This document shows positions 1 to 9,642 of a stretch of DNA of 64,000 nucleotides, piece after piece. Where the stretch lies: NCBI GenBank assembly GCA_963822825.1, contig CAWGIW010000004.1, positions 73,872 through 137,871 of the forward strand. Reading direction: 5' to 3'. The position numbers and the translations under genes are program-made. The stretch's first letter is position 1; each line of letters begins with the position of its first letter. This DNA is from an uncultured Actinomycetes bacterium. Its GTDB lineage: Bacteria > Actinomycetota > Actinomycetes > Streptosporangiales > Streptosporangiaceae. A model generated the notes under the pieces. The model worked only from the letters and a program-made list of their open reading frames with translations, was not told the origin of the DNA and did not search any database.

Positions 1-1
1 C

Positions 2-325
2 GCATCGGAACTTGGCGCCCACGCGCTGCTGGTCAACCCGTTCGACGTATCAGCCACCGCGCGGGCCCTGCACGAGGCGCTCACCATGCCCGATACCGAA
101 CGAGCAGCCCGCGGTACGGCCCTGGCCAAGGCTGGGTCGGCGCTGCCGCCCACGGCGTGGTTCCAGGCCCAGCTCGACGGCCTGGACCAGACGCCGTCGC
201 CGCGGGGCGGCCCGCCGCCTGACGGCAGGGTTCACGACGGCCAATCGCCCGACCGGAGACCGCCTGGCCGGGGGGGCGGCGGCTGGCGGGCCATCCGGGC
301 GCGGGGGGGCCGCTGGCGGCCCTAG
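2..325 (+). CDS. otsA: trehalose-6-phosphate synthase (GT20, OtsA-type), C-terminal fragment; 5' end outside window
   Basis: Frame 2 is open from the window edge. The translation ...ELGAHALLVNPFDVSATARALHEALTMPDTERAARGTALA...AWFQAQLDGL resembles the conserved OtsA C-terminus, and the gene is convergent with otsB. The last ~45 aa are Arg/Gly/Pro-rich and may be a shifted tail. Confidence 0.6.
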   Translation, partial: ASELGAHALLVNPFDVSATARALHEALTMPDTERAARGTALAKAGSALPPTAWFQAQLDGLDQTPSPRGGPPPDGRVHDGQSPDRRPPGRGGGGWRAIRARGGRWRP

Positions 326-1220
326 GGTGTTGTCCCGTTGACCGCGTCGGCCAGCCCGTCGAGCAGGGCGACGATTCCGTCCGGGCCGTCCACCACGAGA
401 TCCGCGGAGTCGAGGAGCTCAGCGGCGGTCTCCGCCGAGCCGCTGCACACGGTCAGGCCCGGGAGACCGGAAGCGCGCCGCGCGCGCACGGCGCGGAAGG
501 CGGCCAGATCACCGAGGTCGTCACCGCCGAACGTGATTGACCCTGGAGATCGTTCGGTAACGAGGGTGTTGAGGGCGGTGCCTTTGTCCGTGCCAGGTGG
601 CCGCAGTTCGATCACCAGCCGGCCCGGTTCCACGGTGAGGCCGGTCCGCTCGGCCAGCGCGTTAAGCGGGCCGCGCAGCATCTCGAGCACGCCCTGGGGG
701 TCCGCGGCGCGACGGGTGTGCACGGCCACCGCGATCCCCTTGTCCTCCGTCCAGGTACCCGGGGGGGCGCGGCGCCGGCCAGGACGGCAGGCAGTTCGTT
801 GCGGGCGGCCTCGACCCCGGGCGGGGGCGCCGGCGAGGCCAGGGCGCCGTCCTGCCAGCGTTCCCAGCCATAGTGGCCGAGCACGATCAGGCCAGGGACA
901 CCGGCCAAGCCGCCGAGTTCCACGGCGACGGCCGCGGGGCGGCCGGTGATCACCGCCAGCGTGCCGACGGCCGCGGTGAGCCTGCTCAGCGCGGCCGCGG
1001 CGGCCGGGTGCGCGTGCGCCGCGGCGGGGTCGGCCACGATCGGGGACAGCGTGCCATCGAAATCCAGCGCGATCAGAGCCCGGGCCGGTTCACGGAGCAG
1101 GGCGGCCAGGCCCGCCCGGCCCTCTGGCGTGCGTGGCCGGGGCAGCGTACGGGTGCCGGCCGCCCCGGTGCTGGTCATATCCGAGCCGGTCGGCTGGGTC
1201 CGGTCCTCCGGAGCGGGCAT
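322..1220 (-). pseudogene. otsB: trehalose-6-phosphate phosphatase (HAD-IIB, OtsB) with an apparent 1-bp frameshift in a G7 run (~759-768)
   Basis: The N-part (frame of ORF 612..1424) carries LIALDFDGTLSPIV and VITGRP. The C-part (ORF 322..729) carries KGTALNTLV and ITFGGDDLGD. Adding one G/C in the run at 762-768 joins them as ...APPPGTWTEDKGIAVAVHTRR. The start ATG at 1220 overlaps the upstream stop (TGATG). Confidence 0.8.
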
Positions 1221-1477
1221 CAGGGACTGTCGCCCCGCTCGGCGCGGGCCGAGCGCAGCCGGTGCCGCTTGGCGCGCTGCCTGCGGAGCCGGGTAACGAG
1301 CGCGGGGTCGAAGACGAGCGCCTCCGGGCGGTCGATGAGCTCGTTCAGCAGCTGGTAGTACCGCGTTGCGGTCATCCCGAGCGCGTCCAGGATCTCCTGC
1401 TCCTTGGCCCCGGGCGAGCGCCACCAGTTCCGCTCGAAGGCGAGGACGTGCTTCTCCTGATCGGACAGCGCCGCCAT
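1220..1477 (-). CDS. DUF3263 domain-containing protein
   Basis: MAALSDQEKHVLAFERNWWRSPGAKEQEILDALGMTATRYYQLLNELIDRPEAL is typical of DUF3263. A GGGAGG sits 4 nt upstream of the ATG at 1477, and the stop overlaps the otsB start. Confidence 0.8.
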   Translation of the reverse strand: MAALSDQEKHVLAFERNWWRSPGAKEQEILDALGMTATRYYQLLNELIDRPEALVFDPALVTRLRRQRAKRHRLRSARAERGDSP

Positions 1478-1604
1478 CTCGCCTCCCAGCCGCCCGGTAC
1501 TGGCCGCGCCGGGGCCATGGTCGGGGCGCGGCGCGGGTGGCGGCGAACCACCATCGTAGGCACGGTCTGTACGGAACGGCGCCGACGTCGTACGCTCACC
1601 CTTC

Positions 1605-2423
1605 GTGGCCACTTATGACTGCCTGACTTTTCTAACCGACTATGGCGTTGAGGACGGGTTCGTGGCGGCCTGCCACGGGGTCGCCGCCCGCATTTCGCCA
1701 GGTGTCCGGCTGATCGACATTACGCATCTCGTACCGCCAGGTGATGTCCGCCGCGGCGCCGCCGTGCTGGCTCAGACGCTCCCCTATCTTCCACCAGCCG
1801 TGCATGTCGCGGTGGTGGATCCGGGGGTTGGTACCGCACGCCGTGGTGTCGCCGTGGCGGCCGGGGACTGCATCCTGATCGGCCCGGACAACGGGCTGCT
1901 GTCCTGGGCAGTGGCCGCGCAGGGCGGGGCGAGCAGCGCGTACCAGCTGACCAACGGCGAGATGTGGCTGCACCCAGTCTCGCCCACGTTCCACGGCCGG
2001 GACATTTTCACGCCAGTCGCCGCGCATCTGGCGGCGGGCGCCGACCTCGCCTCGGCGGGATCAGAGATCGATGTAACGGACCTGGTGACGCTGCCCGCAC
2101 CGACCAGCCGGGTACATGACGGCGAGGCCGAGGGCGAGGTGATGTCGGTGGATCGGTTCGGCAACGTGCAACTGTCCATCGCCGCCTCCGACGCCGACCG
2201 GCTGGGCATCGGTTTCGGGTCGCCGCTTGTGGTGCGCTGTGGACGCCGCCAGCTAACCGTCCCCTATCTGGAGACGTTCGCCGCGGTGGCGCCCGGGGAG
2301 ATCGTGGCGTTCACCGACAGCGCGGGGCTCATCTCGCTGGCCGTCAACGCGGGTGATGCGGCACAGCAGCTCGGCCTGCCTCCCGGCGCGCACGTACGGC
2401 TGTCCATGGCGCCACCTTCGTGA
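1605..2423 (+). CDS. SAM hydroxide adenosyltransferase family protein (DUF62; fluorinase/chlorinase superfamily)
   Basis: 272 aa with LTFLTDYGVEDGFVAACHGV, VVDPGVGTARR, IGPDNGLL, PTFHGRDIFTPVAAHLAAG and DRFGNVQL, all family hallmarks. Confidence 0.85.
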   Translation: MATYDCLTFLTDYGVEDGFVAACHGVAARISPGVRLIDITHLVPPGDVRRGAAVLAQTLPYLPPAVHVAVVDPGVGTARRGVAVAAGDCILIGPDNGLLSWAVAAQGGASSAYQLTNGEMWLHPVSPTFHGRDIFTPVAAHLAAGADLASAGSEIDVTDLVTLPAPTSRVHDGEAEGEVMSVDRFGNVQLSIAASDADRLGIGFGSPLVVRCGRRQLTVPYLETFAAVAPGEIVAFTDSAGLISLAVNAGDAAQQLGLPPGAHVRLSMAPPS

Positions 2424-2507
2424 GCACTCCAGCCTCTTGGGCACGTCCTCGACCCAGCCGCCACGCTCTGGGCACCTAAACCATTCCGAACGTGGCAGAA
2501 TGCCTGG

Positions 2508-4751
2508 GTGGTTCACCACGGAAAGGTGGACGTCGTGGCGAGGAGGCTCCCCCGGCGTGCGCCCGCAGCGCTGGCTGCCGGGCTGGCCGTGGCGTGCGTC
2601 GCGCTCACGGCGGCGCCGGCCGTTGCCGACCAGCCCCGCCATGAGGAATGGTGGCTCAGCGCGCTGCACGTGACGACGGCATGGGAATCCAGCAAGGGTT
2701 CTGGTGTCACGGTTGCCGTGCTTGATACCGGTGTCGATTCAACGCAGCCTGACCTGGCCGGCTCGGTGGTCACCGGACCGGACTTCAGCGGGTCCGGGCG
2801 GCAGGCAGGTGCCCCATTCTGGGGTATCGATGGCACGGCGGTCGCGAGCCTGATCGCGGGCCACGGGCACGGCACCCAGGATGGTGACGGCATTACCGGG
2901 GTCGCTCCGGAGGCCAAGATCCTCTCCGTCCGGGTCACCCTGGAGGGCAACGATCCGGATCTGGCCAACGCGGGCATTGTTTCCGGCCTGCCGGGTTCCA
3001 TCGCCAACGGCATCCGCTACGCCGTCAATCATGGCGCCCAGGTCATCGACCTGCCACTGGACCCGGCGGTGCTGGCGATCGGCACCCCGAAAGGCAACGC
3101 GGGCGGCGCCGCCACCTCGGGCGGCCGTCCCCCGGGTGGCAGCCGGACCGAACGCGCGGCGGTGGCCTATGCGCTGAGCAAGAACGTGGTCCTGGTAGCG
3201 CCCGCGGGTGACGGAGGAGCAGGGACCGATCTCATCAACTACCCGGCGGCGTACCCCGGAGTGATCTCGGTGGGCGCCTTCAACCAGAGCTTCACCAAGG
3301 CCCCGTTCACCAGCCACCGGCCCTATGTCACGGTCACCGCGGCCGGGGATGGCGTCGAGGCGGCGACGCCGTCCGGGTATTCAATGCTGCACAGCACCAG
3401 CGCGGCGAGCGCCGTGGTGGCCGGCATCGCCGCACTGATCAGGGCGCAGTTCCCCACGCTGAGCCCCGCCCAGGTGACGAGCGCGCTCACCCAGAGCACC
3501 TCCTTCCGGCGGCCCGGCGGCCAGCAGAACGGATCGGGCTTCGGCACCGTCGACGCCCAGGCCGCCCTGTTGCAGGCGGCCCGGATCAACGCGACCGTCC
3601 CCGCCCGCTCAGGGTCGGGGGGCGCCGTCGTGGCTCCGACGTCCCCGCCCGTCCATGTGCATAGCGCGGGCATCTGGGGAACGCTGCGGTACGCCGCCTT
3701 CGGCCTGGCCGTCCTCCTGGTGCTGGGCCTGCTCGGATTCGTCTTCAACGGCCGCGTCCGGCGGCGGCGCGTTCGGGCCGCCCGGCTCGCACCGCTGCGG
3801 GATGTGCGGCGGACCGCCGTCCGCGCCCAGCCGAATTTCTCGGCCGTGCCCCCGGTCGCCGGACCCCAGTTCGGGACGGCTCAGTTCGGCGGGAACGCGT
3901 TCGCGGACGCCAAGTTCGGTCAGGCCAAGTTCGAGGAGTCCCAGTACGGGCAGAGCCCGTTCCCCGGAGATCAGTACGCGGAAACTCCGTTCCCCGGAGA
4001 CCAGTACACCGAGACCCCGTTCCCCGGGGATCCAGGGGCCGAGGCGCCGTTCCCGGGAGATCCGGTGGCCGAGGCGCCGTTCCCTGGGGGGCCGCTGGCG
4101 CAGACTCCGTTCCCGGAGGATCCAGCGGCTCCGGCGCCGTTCCCGGAGGACTCGTTGGGGGATACGCCGTTCCCCGGCACCCAGGTGTCCGGGACCGGCC
4201 CGTTCCCCGCGATCCAGCCTGGAGGCCCCCCCGACCGCACCGCGGGCAGCCCGCCCCGCGCCATCGCTCCAACTCCCAGGTCGCACGTGGTGCGCTCGCC
4301 ACGGATATCGGGCCATCCGCCCTGGGATCCAGCCCAGAAGCCGGACGGGGAACTCCCGTGGGCCGTCGGCCCCCCGGTCAAGGCGGTCGGACGATCGGCC
4401 GCGGCGCGCCGGGTGATCCCCACCGGTGCCCAGCCCTGGGGCCCGGCTGCCCACAGTGACCGGTCGCCGGATGACCCGGATCTGGGTGGGGCCGACCTGG
4501 ACAGCCCGGGATCGGAAAGCATGTTCCCGGACAACGTGGAACTAGGCAGCCGGGTACCAGGCAGCATGCCGTTGCCCGCCCCGGACTCCGGCCACGGCGG
4601 GTCAGCCGAGGACGCCGACGATGACGCTGAGGAAGGCAGCAGGCTCTACGTGTGGAACCCGGCCGATACGACGAAGCCCTACGCACGGCCTCACGAGGAG
4701 AGTCCGGCCGGAAACCGCCGCCGGGACCGGAATAGCCCCGGACCGGAATAG
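2508..4751 (+). CDS. S8 (subtilase) family, mycosin-like membrane-anchored protein with degenerate active site and long Pro-rich repeat tail
   Basis: Signal-like N-terminus, then AVLDTGVD (Asp box). The His box reads IDGTAVASLIAG (H to D), the oxyanion box reads APAGDGG (N to D), and the Ser box reads HSTSAASAVVAG. A TM helix (FGLAVLLVLGLLGFVF + RRRR) is followed by a ~330-aa tail with PFPGD decapeptide repeats. Confidence 0.8.
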   Translation: MVHHGKVDVVARRLPRRAPAALAAGLAVACVALTAAPAVADQPRHEEWWLSALHVTTAWESSKGSGVTVAVLDTGVDSTQPDLAGSVVTGPDFSGSGRQAGAPFWGIDGTAVASLIAGHGHGTQDGDGITGVAPEAKILSVRVTLEGNDPDLANAGIVSGLPGSIANGIRYAVNHGAQVIDLPLDPAVLAIGTPKGNAGGAATSGGRPPGGSRTERAAVAYALSKNVVLVAPAGDGGAGTDLINYPAAYPGVISVGAFNQSFTKAPFTSHRPYVTVTAAGDGVEAATPSGYSMLHSTSAASAVVAGIAALIRAQFPTLSPAQVTSALTQSTSFRRPGGQQNGSGFGTVDAQAALLQAARINATVPARSGSGGAVVAPTSPPVHVHSAGIWGTLRYAAFGLAVLLVLGLLGFVFNGRVRRRRVRAARLAPLRDVRRTAVRAQPNFSAVPPVAGPQFGTAQFGGNAFADAKFGQAKFEESQYGQSPFPGDQYAETPFPGDQYTETPFPGDPGAEAPFPGDPVAEAPFPGGPLAQTPFPEDPAAPAPFPEDSLGDTPFPGTQVSGTGPFPAIQPGGPPDRTAGSPPRAIAPTPRSHVVRSPRISGHPPWDPAQKPDGELPWAVGPPVKAVGRSAAARRVIPTGAQPWGPAAHSDRSPDDPDLGGADLDSPGSESMFPDNVELGSRVPGSMPLPAPDSGHGGSAEDADDDAEEGSRLYVWNPADTTKPYARPHEESPAGNRRRDRNSPGPE
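3957..4229 (+). repeat. 30-bp in-frame tandem repeat (about 9 copies) encoding PFPGDxxAEx decapeptides
   Basis: ccgttcc recurs at 3957, 3987, 4017, 4047, 4077, 4107, 4137, 4167 and 4200. Confidence 0.9.
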
Positions 4752-4785
4752 CCCGGACCGGAATAGCCCCGGACCGGAATAGCCA
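4725..4785 (+). repeat. 15-16-bp tandem repeat GACCGGAATAGCCC(C)G x4 spanning the stop codon of the S8 gene
   Basis: TAG triplets at 4733, 4749, 4764 and 4780 fall in frames 2, 0, 0 and 1. The one at 4749 is the actual stop. Confidence 0.9.
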
Positions 4786-4799
4786 GGGGGCCGGGCCAG

Positions 4800-5510
4800 C
4801 TAGGGCGGGCTCGAGCGCCGCGGTCCCGGCCGCTCGCCGTTCAGTTCTTCCTTGCGCACCGAGGCGTACATGGGCACGAACTCCTGGCCGGACAGCGCCT
4901 GGATCGCTTGCATGACCTGGTCGGCCACGGCGCGGCGCGCCTGAGCCCCGGCACTCTGTCCCTCATATTGACCGAAGGTCATCGGCGCGCCGATCCGGAT
5001 GCGGATCCGGTGCAGCCGCAGCATCGTGTGACCAGGCGGTAGCACTCGGTCCGTGCCAAGCATGGCGACCGGGATCACGGGCAGGCCCGAGTTGAGGGCC
5101 AGCCAGCCGACCCCCGTCCGCCCGCGGTACAGCCGCCCGTCCGGTGACCGGGTGCCTTCCGGATAGATGCCGAACAACTCGCCGTCGCGTAGCAGCCCGA
5201 GCGCCGCGTTCAGCATGTTCTGCGACGCCCGTGCCTCGGTCCGGTCCACCCTTAGTTGCTTGGTGGCGCGCATGTACACACCAGCGACCCGCTGGGCCGG
5301 CCGGGTGCCGGTGAAGTACTCCGACTTGGCCGCGAAGGTGAGCGGCCGGTCGAGAATCAGCGGGAGGAAGATCGAGTCGACGATCGACAGATGGTTGGAG
5401 GCGATGATGGCGCCGCCGGTGCGCGGGATATGCTCGCCGCCCTCGACCTCCGGCCGCCACAATAGATGCAGTAATGGGCCAGCCAGCGCTCGTGAGACCT
5501 GGTACTTCAC
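4800..5510 (-). CDS. 1-acyl-sn-glycerol-3-phosphate (lysophospholipid) acyltransferase, PlsC family
   Basis: 236 aa with the HX4D-type box (SNHLSIVD) and the YPEGTRS box. Confidence 0.85.
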   Translation of the reverse strand: MKYQVSRALAGPLLHLLWRPEVEGGEHIPRTGGAIIASNHLSIVDSIFLPLILDRPLTFAAKSEYFTGTRPAQRVAGVYMRATKQLRVDRTEARASQNMLNAALGLLRDGELFGIYPEGTRSPDGRLYRGRTGVGWLALNSGLPVIPVAMLGTDRVLPPGHTMLRLHRIRIRIGAPMTFGQYEGQSAGAQARRAVADQVMQAIQALSGQEFVPMYASVRKEELNGERPGPRRSSPP

Positions 5511-5524
5511 CCGATCCCTCCCCG

Positions 5525-7912
5525 CTATGCGAACCTCGACGGCAGGTCAAAGATAGCCGTCGTGGCCGCTCCCGGATACGGCACAGGCGGCCCGGCTGAC
5601 AGGATCGCCATGATCAGAGGCAACACGAGCGGAAGTTCGGCCGCTATCACCGTCACCCCAGAGTCCTCCGCGAACCAGCCGAGCACGGCCACCAGCCAGA
5701 TCGCCCCGAGGATCGTCTTCAGCAGCGGGATGCCCTCGTACCCGCGGACCAGCAGCCCGGCCCGGAACCGGGCCGGCCAGCCGATCAGCAGGCCGCCCGC
5801 GATGACGACCACCGGGATCACCAGGCTCCCCACGCTGACCGTCAGCGAGCCGACGTTGGAATTGACCTTCCGCCGCAGGATGCCGCCGGCCCCGCCATGC
5901 AGGACCTGCCCCACAAAGCCCCCGATGTCGGACCGCCCGGTGACCGGGACGAAGTAGTTCACCAGGGCGAACGCCGTGATCAGGAGCAGCCCGCTGACCG
6001 CCACGACCACCGCGCGCCGGGCATTGATCTTCACGCCGCCCAGCGCGGCGAGCAGCAGCAGGAACCCGGGAACCATGGCGATCGTCCCGCCCCCCTTGGC
6101 GCCGAAGCCCGGCCAGCCCGCAGCGACCACGGCGACCAAGAGCACGGCCCCGGCCGCGGCCACCGCGCGGCCGCGTGAGCCGTGCCGCAGCGCGGCGGCT
6201 CCGATCCAGGCGGCGCAGAGGATGCCTGACGCGCCGTAGATTTCGACCGCGTTGTTGCCGATACCGTAAAAGCGCCCCGCCACCAGCGCGGAAAGCCCGA
6301 ACGGCGTGCCCATCTGCAGCCGCGAGCCGGTCATCACGTCGAGGGCGATCACGCCAACGGTCACCGCGGCCACCACACCCGGCGGCCCGAGGGGATCGCG
6401 GCGCCACGGCCCGGCCCAGGCGATCGCGGCGATCACGGCGGCCCAGATGACGGTCATCGTGTACAGCAGCACGGCCGGGTGGCTGAGCAGCCACCATGGC
6501 ACCAGGCTGGCCAGGAAGGTGCCCGCGGGGACGCTTGCGGCGTACACACCCGCCACCCTGGCCATGACCCGGCGGCGGCGCTGCCGGTCCAGGCCCCGGC
6601 CCCACGGCAGCACCGCGACCAGGCTGAAAAACGCCACATAGCCGACGCCGACGATCAGGAAGAACCAGGTCATGGTGGCCTTGTAAACCTGGGCTGCGGT
6701 GTCCTGGCCGATGAGCCCGCGGATCGCGGCGGTCAGGTGGCCGCGGCTGCCCCGGGTCACCGGTGAGCCCACCGCATCAGCCGGGACGGGCTGGCCGCGC
6801 CAGCCCAGCACGCTGCGCGTCAGGTCAGGGAGCAGGGTCATCCCGGGCTGACGGGTGGAGGCGGCGGCGAGCTGGCCGGAGTGATAGCCCGGGCCACTGA
6901 CGATGATCAGTCGCAGGTGCGGTGTGGAGTCGTCCGCGGGGGCGGCTACCACCAGGATCGTGCCGGGCGGGAGTTCGCCGCTGAGCCGCCCGATCTCGCG
7001 GTCATCGGCACGGACCTGCGCGGCCCGCGTGCTGGCGGCCGAGGCCGCAGCGACCGCGCCGGAGCGGGTGGCAGACCCTCCTGCGTCTGCGGCCGGCCTG
7101 AGCGCACCCAGGTCCACCACGGTCAGTGGGCACCGCGCGAGGTCCGGGCGGGTGAGCGCGGACGCGGCCGGAAGGTAGGAGCTCACCGCCCCCGCTGGGC
7201 TGGCGAGCGCCAGTGCGGCGCCGGGCCCTACCGCGGTCGCGCACTGCCCGGGGCTGGCCGCCGAGGCCAGCAGCCCCCAGTGCGGGTTGTAATGGAACTG
7301 GGTGTTGTAGGCGGTGAGCGCGGACATTCGGGGCACCCGGGCGGCTACCGGGCGGCCCCGGCTCGGGCCTGACGTCCGGGAGACTATGGCCGGCAGCGAC
7401 TCGCACGATCCCGCTGCGGTCCGCGGGGCGGCCGCACGGGCACCCGCGTTCAGCGTCAGCCACCCATCAGCCGGGCAGGTGACTGTGGTGACCCCACTGA
7501 CCACGAGGGAACCCACCGAGCCGACACGAGCGAGCCGCCAGAGCGCGGGCGTGGCCGCCGCGGACACGTCGCTCCAGCGCAGCCCCGCGATCCCGACCAG
7601 CACCACGCGATATGACTGCACGGCCCCGCCGGACGCGAGACGCGTGACGGCAGCCTGACCGGCCGCCCCGCCCGGGCCGCTGCCCGACCCCGGGCCGCTG
7701 GCGGCTCCCGGAACGCTGGCCGCTCCCGGAACGCTGGCCGCTGTAGCCAGCGTGGTCCCGCCCGCGGCGGCCACAGCCAGCAGGGCAGACGCGAGAGCCA
7801 CGGTCCTGCGCACGCCGTTAACCGTATCCGGCCCCGGCCTGCGGCCGGATCCACGCCGGGCACTCCGCAGCGGACGGCCCGGGCGCGCCCACCGCCATCG
7901 ATGTGGCATCAT
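5525..7912 (-). CDS. large integral membrane protein of unknown function (extracytoplasmic N-domain plus about 10 TM helices)
   Basis: 795-aa ORF with high GC3. The N-terminus is signal/anchor-like and the C-terminal half contains many hydrophobic helices. It lies 14 bp upstream of plsC on the same strand. The start codon is uncertain. Confidence 0.6.
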   Translation of the reverse strand: MMPHRWRWARPGRPLRSARRGSGRRPGPDTVNGVRRTVALASALLAVAAAGGTTLATAASVPGAASVPGAASGPGSGSGPGGAAGQAAVTRLASGGAVQSYRVVLVGIAGLRWSDVSAAATPALWRLARVGSVGSLVVSGVTTVTCPADGWLTLNAGARAAAPRTAAGSCESLPAIVSRTSGPSRGRPVAARVPRMSALTAYNTQFHYNPHWGLLASAASPGQCATAVGPGAALALASPAGAVSSYLPAASALTRPDLARCPLTVVDLGALRPAADAGGSATRSGAVAAASAASTRAAQVRADDREIGRLSGELPPGTILVVAAPADDSTPHLRLIIVSGPGYHSGQLAAASTRQPGMTLLPDLTRSVLGWRGQPVPADAVGSPVTRGSRGHLTAAIRGLIGQDTAAQVYKATMTWFFLIVGVGYVAFFSLVAVLPWGRGLDRQRRRRVMARVAGVYAASVPAGTFLASLVPWWLLSHPAVLLYTMTVIWAAVIAAIAWAGPWRRDPLGPPGVVAAVTVGVIALDVMTGSRLQMGTPFGLSALVAGRFYGIGNNAVEIYGASGILCAAWIGAAALRHGSRGRAVAAAGAVLLVAVVAAGWPGFGAKGGGTIAMVPGFLLLLAALGGVKINARRAVVVAVSGLLLITAFALVNYFVPVTGRSDIGGFVGQVLHGGAGGILRRKVNSNVGSLTVSVGSLVIPVVVIAGGLLIGWPARFRAGLLVRGYEGIPLLKTILGAIWLVAVLGWFAEDSGVTVIAAELPLVLPLIMAILSAGPPVPYPGAATTAIFDLPSRFA

Positions 7913-7968
7913 CGCGCCAGAGCACGATCGATGTCACATCGATCGGATTCTGTCTGTTCCGAACTGGG

Positions 7969-9642
7969 CTAGGTGCAGATGTTCTGGCTCGCGGTCCTGG
8001 GTGCGAAGCTGGCCGAGGGCTGCGGGGCTGGTGCTGGTGCGGACGGCTCTGTGGCGTTGACCGTGGTGCCGTAGTTACTGCCGAGAACGAGCGTTACCGC
8101 CGAGGCAGTGCCCGTGACCTGCTGCAAGCCCGCACCGGGGACCTTGGATTCGAGCAGCTTGGCGTCGGCCGCCAAGCGGGCCGGGTACTCGATCACCGTC
8201 TCGGTAACGTTCTGCAGGCTGGTGGTGGTGCTGGTCGCCTGGAAACCATCCTGCTTCAGGATGCCCGCGACCGTGTCCTCGAGTCCAGCCTGCGCGGTGC
8301 CGTTCACCACCTCGACCGATACGGCGGCCGGGGCGAGTTTCGGCACCGCGGGCAGCGCGAACAATGCTCTGCCGACCTGCACGTCGTCCTGGAATGCCTG
8401 GAAGATCTGGCTGGCTTCGGGCTGGGTCCACAACACGTTGGCACTGTCGGTGGAGTCCACGAGGGACCGGGGATAAGTGGGCACCGTGAAGAAGGTCACC
8501 TGGCTGCGTTGCATGTGCTTGAGACTGCTGGCCAGCCTGTAGAGCCCGGTGATGCCCCCGAGTCCGGTGTCGATGGTGACCGACCTGGTGGCCGCGTCCA
8601 GAAAATTGTAGATCGCCACGGGGTTGAGCAGTTCGCTCTTGACCCGGCTGACCAGCGAGGACATGAAGGCCTGCTGCCTGACGATGCGGCCCAGGTCGCT
8701 GCCGTTGCCCAGGGTGTACCGGGCACGGACGTAGCCGAGTGACTGCGTGCCATTGAGCAGGTGATGGCCGACGGTCAGGACGAGCCCCGAGTTCGGGTCG
8801 TCGATCGGCGTCGTGTTGCATTCCCGGATGCCGCCGAGGGCGTTCACCATGTCACGGAAGCCCTCGAAGTTGATAACCACAAAGTGGTCGACATGGATGC
8901 CGGTGTCCTGCTCCAGGGTCTCGATTGTGCACGCGGCACCCAGCGCGGTCTTATTTCCGTTCAGGTTCCCGAGCGCGAACGCCTCGTTGATCTTGAACGT
9001 CGTCGGCGCGGACAATTGCCCGTTTCCCATCTCGCAGGATGGGATGCTGACCCAGGAGTCGCGTGGGATTGACATGATGTCGGCCCATTTCCGGCTGGCG
9101 GAAATATGCACGATCATCAGGGTGTCTGACTGGTCGGTGGTCAGGTTAGTGCCGAAGCCGCCGCCTTGGCCGTTGCGGGTGTCCGAGCCGATGACGGCGA
9201 TGTTCTCGGCCCGCGGGTGCAGGACGGGCGGCTGGTGTTTGAGAATCGGGGCGATGTTGACCTGGTGCAGGTTGCTGCTGAGGTGGCGGTAGGCGAGGTA
9301 GCCACCGACGGCGGCGATCAGCACGATGCTGGCCACGATGCCCGCGGTCCAGGCCAGGATCCGCTTCCCGCGACCTGGCCGGCGGCGATCGCGTGCCGGG
9401 CCTGGGCCTGGCGGTTCACCGGCAGCGGGTCCACCGGCGGCGGGTAGACCGGCGGCGGGTAGACCGGCGGCGGGTAGACCGGCGGCGGGTAGACCGTGAG
9501 GGGATTCACCGTCGGCCGGCGGGCCCTCCGGCGGCGCGGGCATGTCCGTGTGTGCTCCCCCTTCCCAACCGGTTGGGGGTTCCCGCAGGCCACCTGGCAG
9601 AGCGAGCAGGAAGGGCAAAACGGCCCGCCGCCTGGCGAGCAT
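7969..9642 (-). CDS. LCP (LytR-CpsA-Psr) family cell-wall glycopolymer transferase with LytR_C-like C-terminal domain
   Basis: IAVIGSDTR...SDTLMIVHI...MSIPRDSWV...KINEAFALG are LCP hallmarks, and a TM anchor is present. The N-terminus carries (GLPAA)n. The start may instead be the ATG at 9543. Confidence 0.85.
   Translation of the reverse strand: MLARRRAVLPFLLALPGGLREPPTGWEGGAHTDMPAPPEGPPADGESPHGLPAAGLPAAGLPAAGLPAAGGPAAGEPPGPGPARDRRRPGRGKRILAWTAGIVASIVLIAAVGGYLAYRHLSSNLHQVNIAPILKHQPPVLHPRAENIAVIGSDTRNGQGGGFGTNLTTDQSDTLMIVHISASRKWADIMSIPRDSWVSIPSCEMGNGQLSAPTTFKINEAFALGNLNGNKTALGAACTIETLEQDTGIHVDHFVVINFEGFRDMVNALGGIRECNTTPIDDPNSGLVLTVGHHLLNGTQSLGYVRARYTLGNGSDLGRIVRQQAFMSSLVSRVKSELLNPVAIYNFLDAATRSVTIDTGLGGITGLYRLASSLKHMQRSQVTFFTVPTYPRSLVDSTDSANVLWTQPEASQIFQAFQDDVQVGRALFALPAVPKLAPAAVSVEVVNGTAQAGLEDTVAGILKQDGFQATSTTTSLQNVTETVIEYPARLAADAKLLESKVPGAGLQQVTGTASAVTLVLGSNYGTTVNATEPSAPAPAPQPSASFAPRTASQNICT
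9421..9495 (-). repeat. 15-bp tandem repeat x5 (GGCGGCGGGTAGACC on + strand) encoding (GLPAA)n in the LCP N-terminus
   Basis: Four perfect copies at 9436-9495 are preceded by one degenerate copy. Confidence 0.9.

Noticed and set aside
1605-2423. A fluorinase/chlorinase (halogenating SAM enzyme) call for the DUF62 protein.
   Set aside because: The sequence fits the broad SAM hydroxide adenosyltransferase family. There are no halometabolite pathway genes nearby, and halogenase-specific features cannot be verified by eye.
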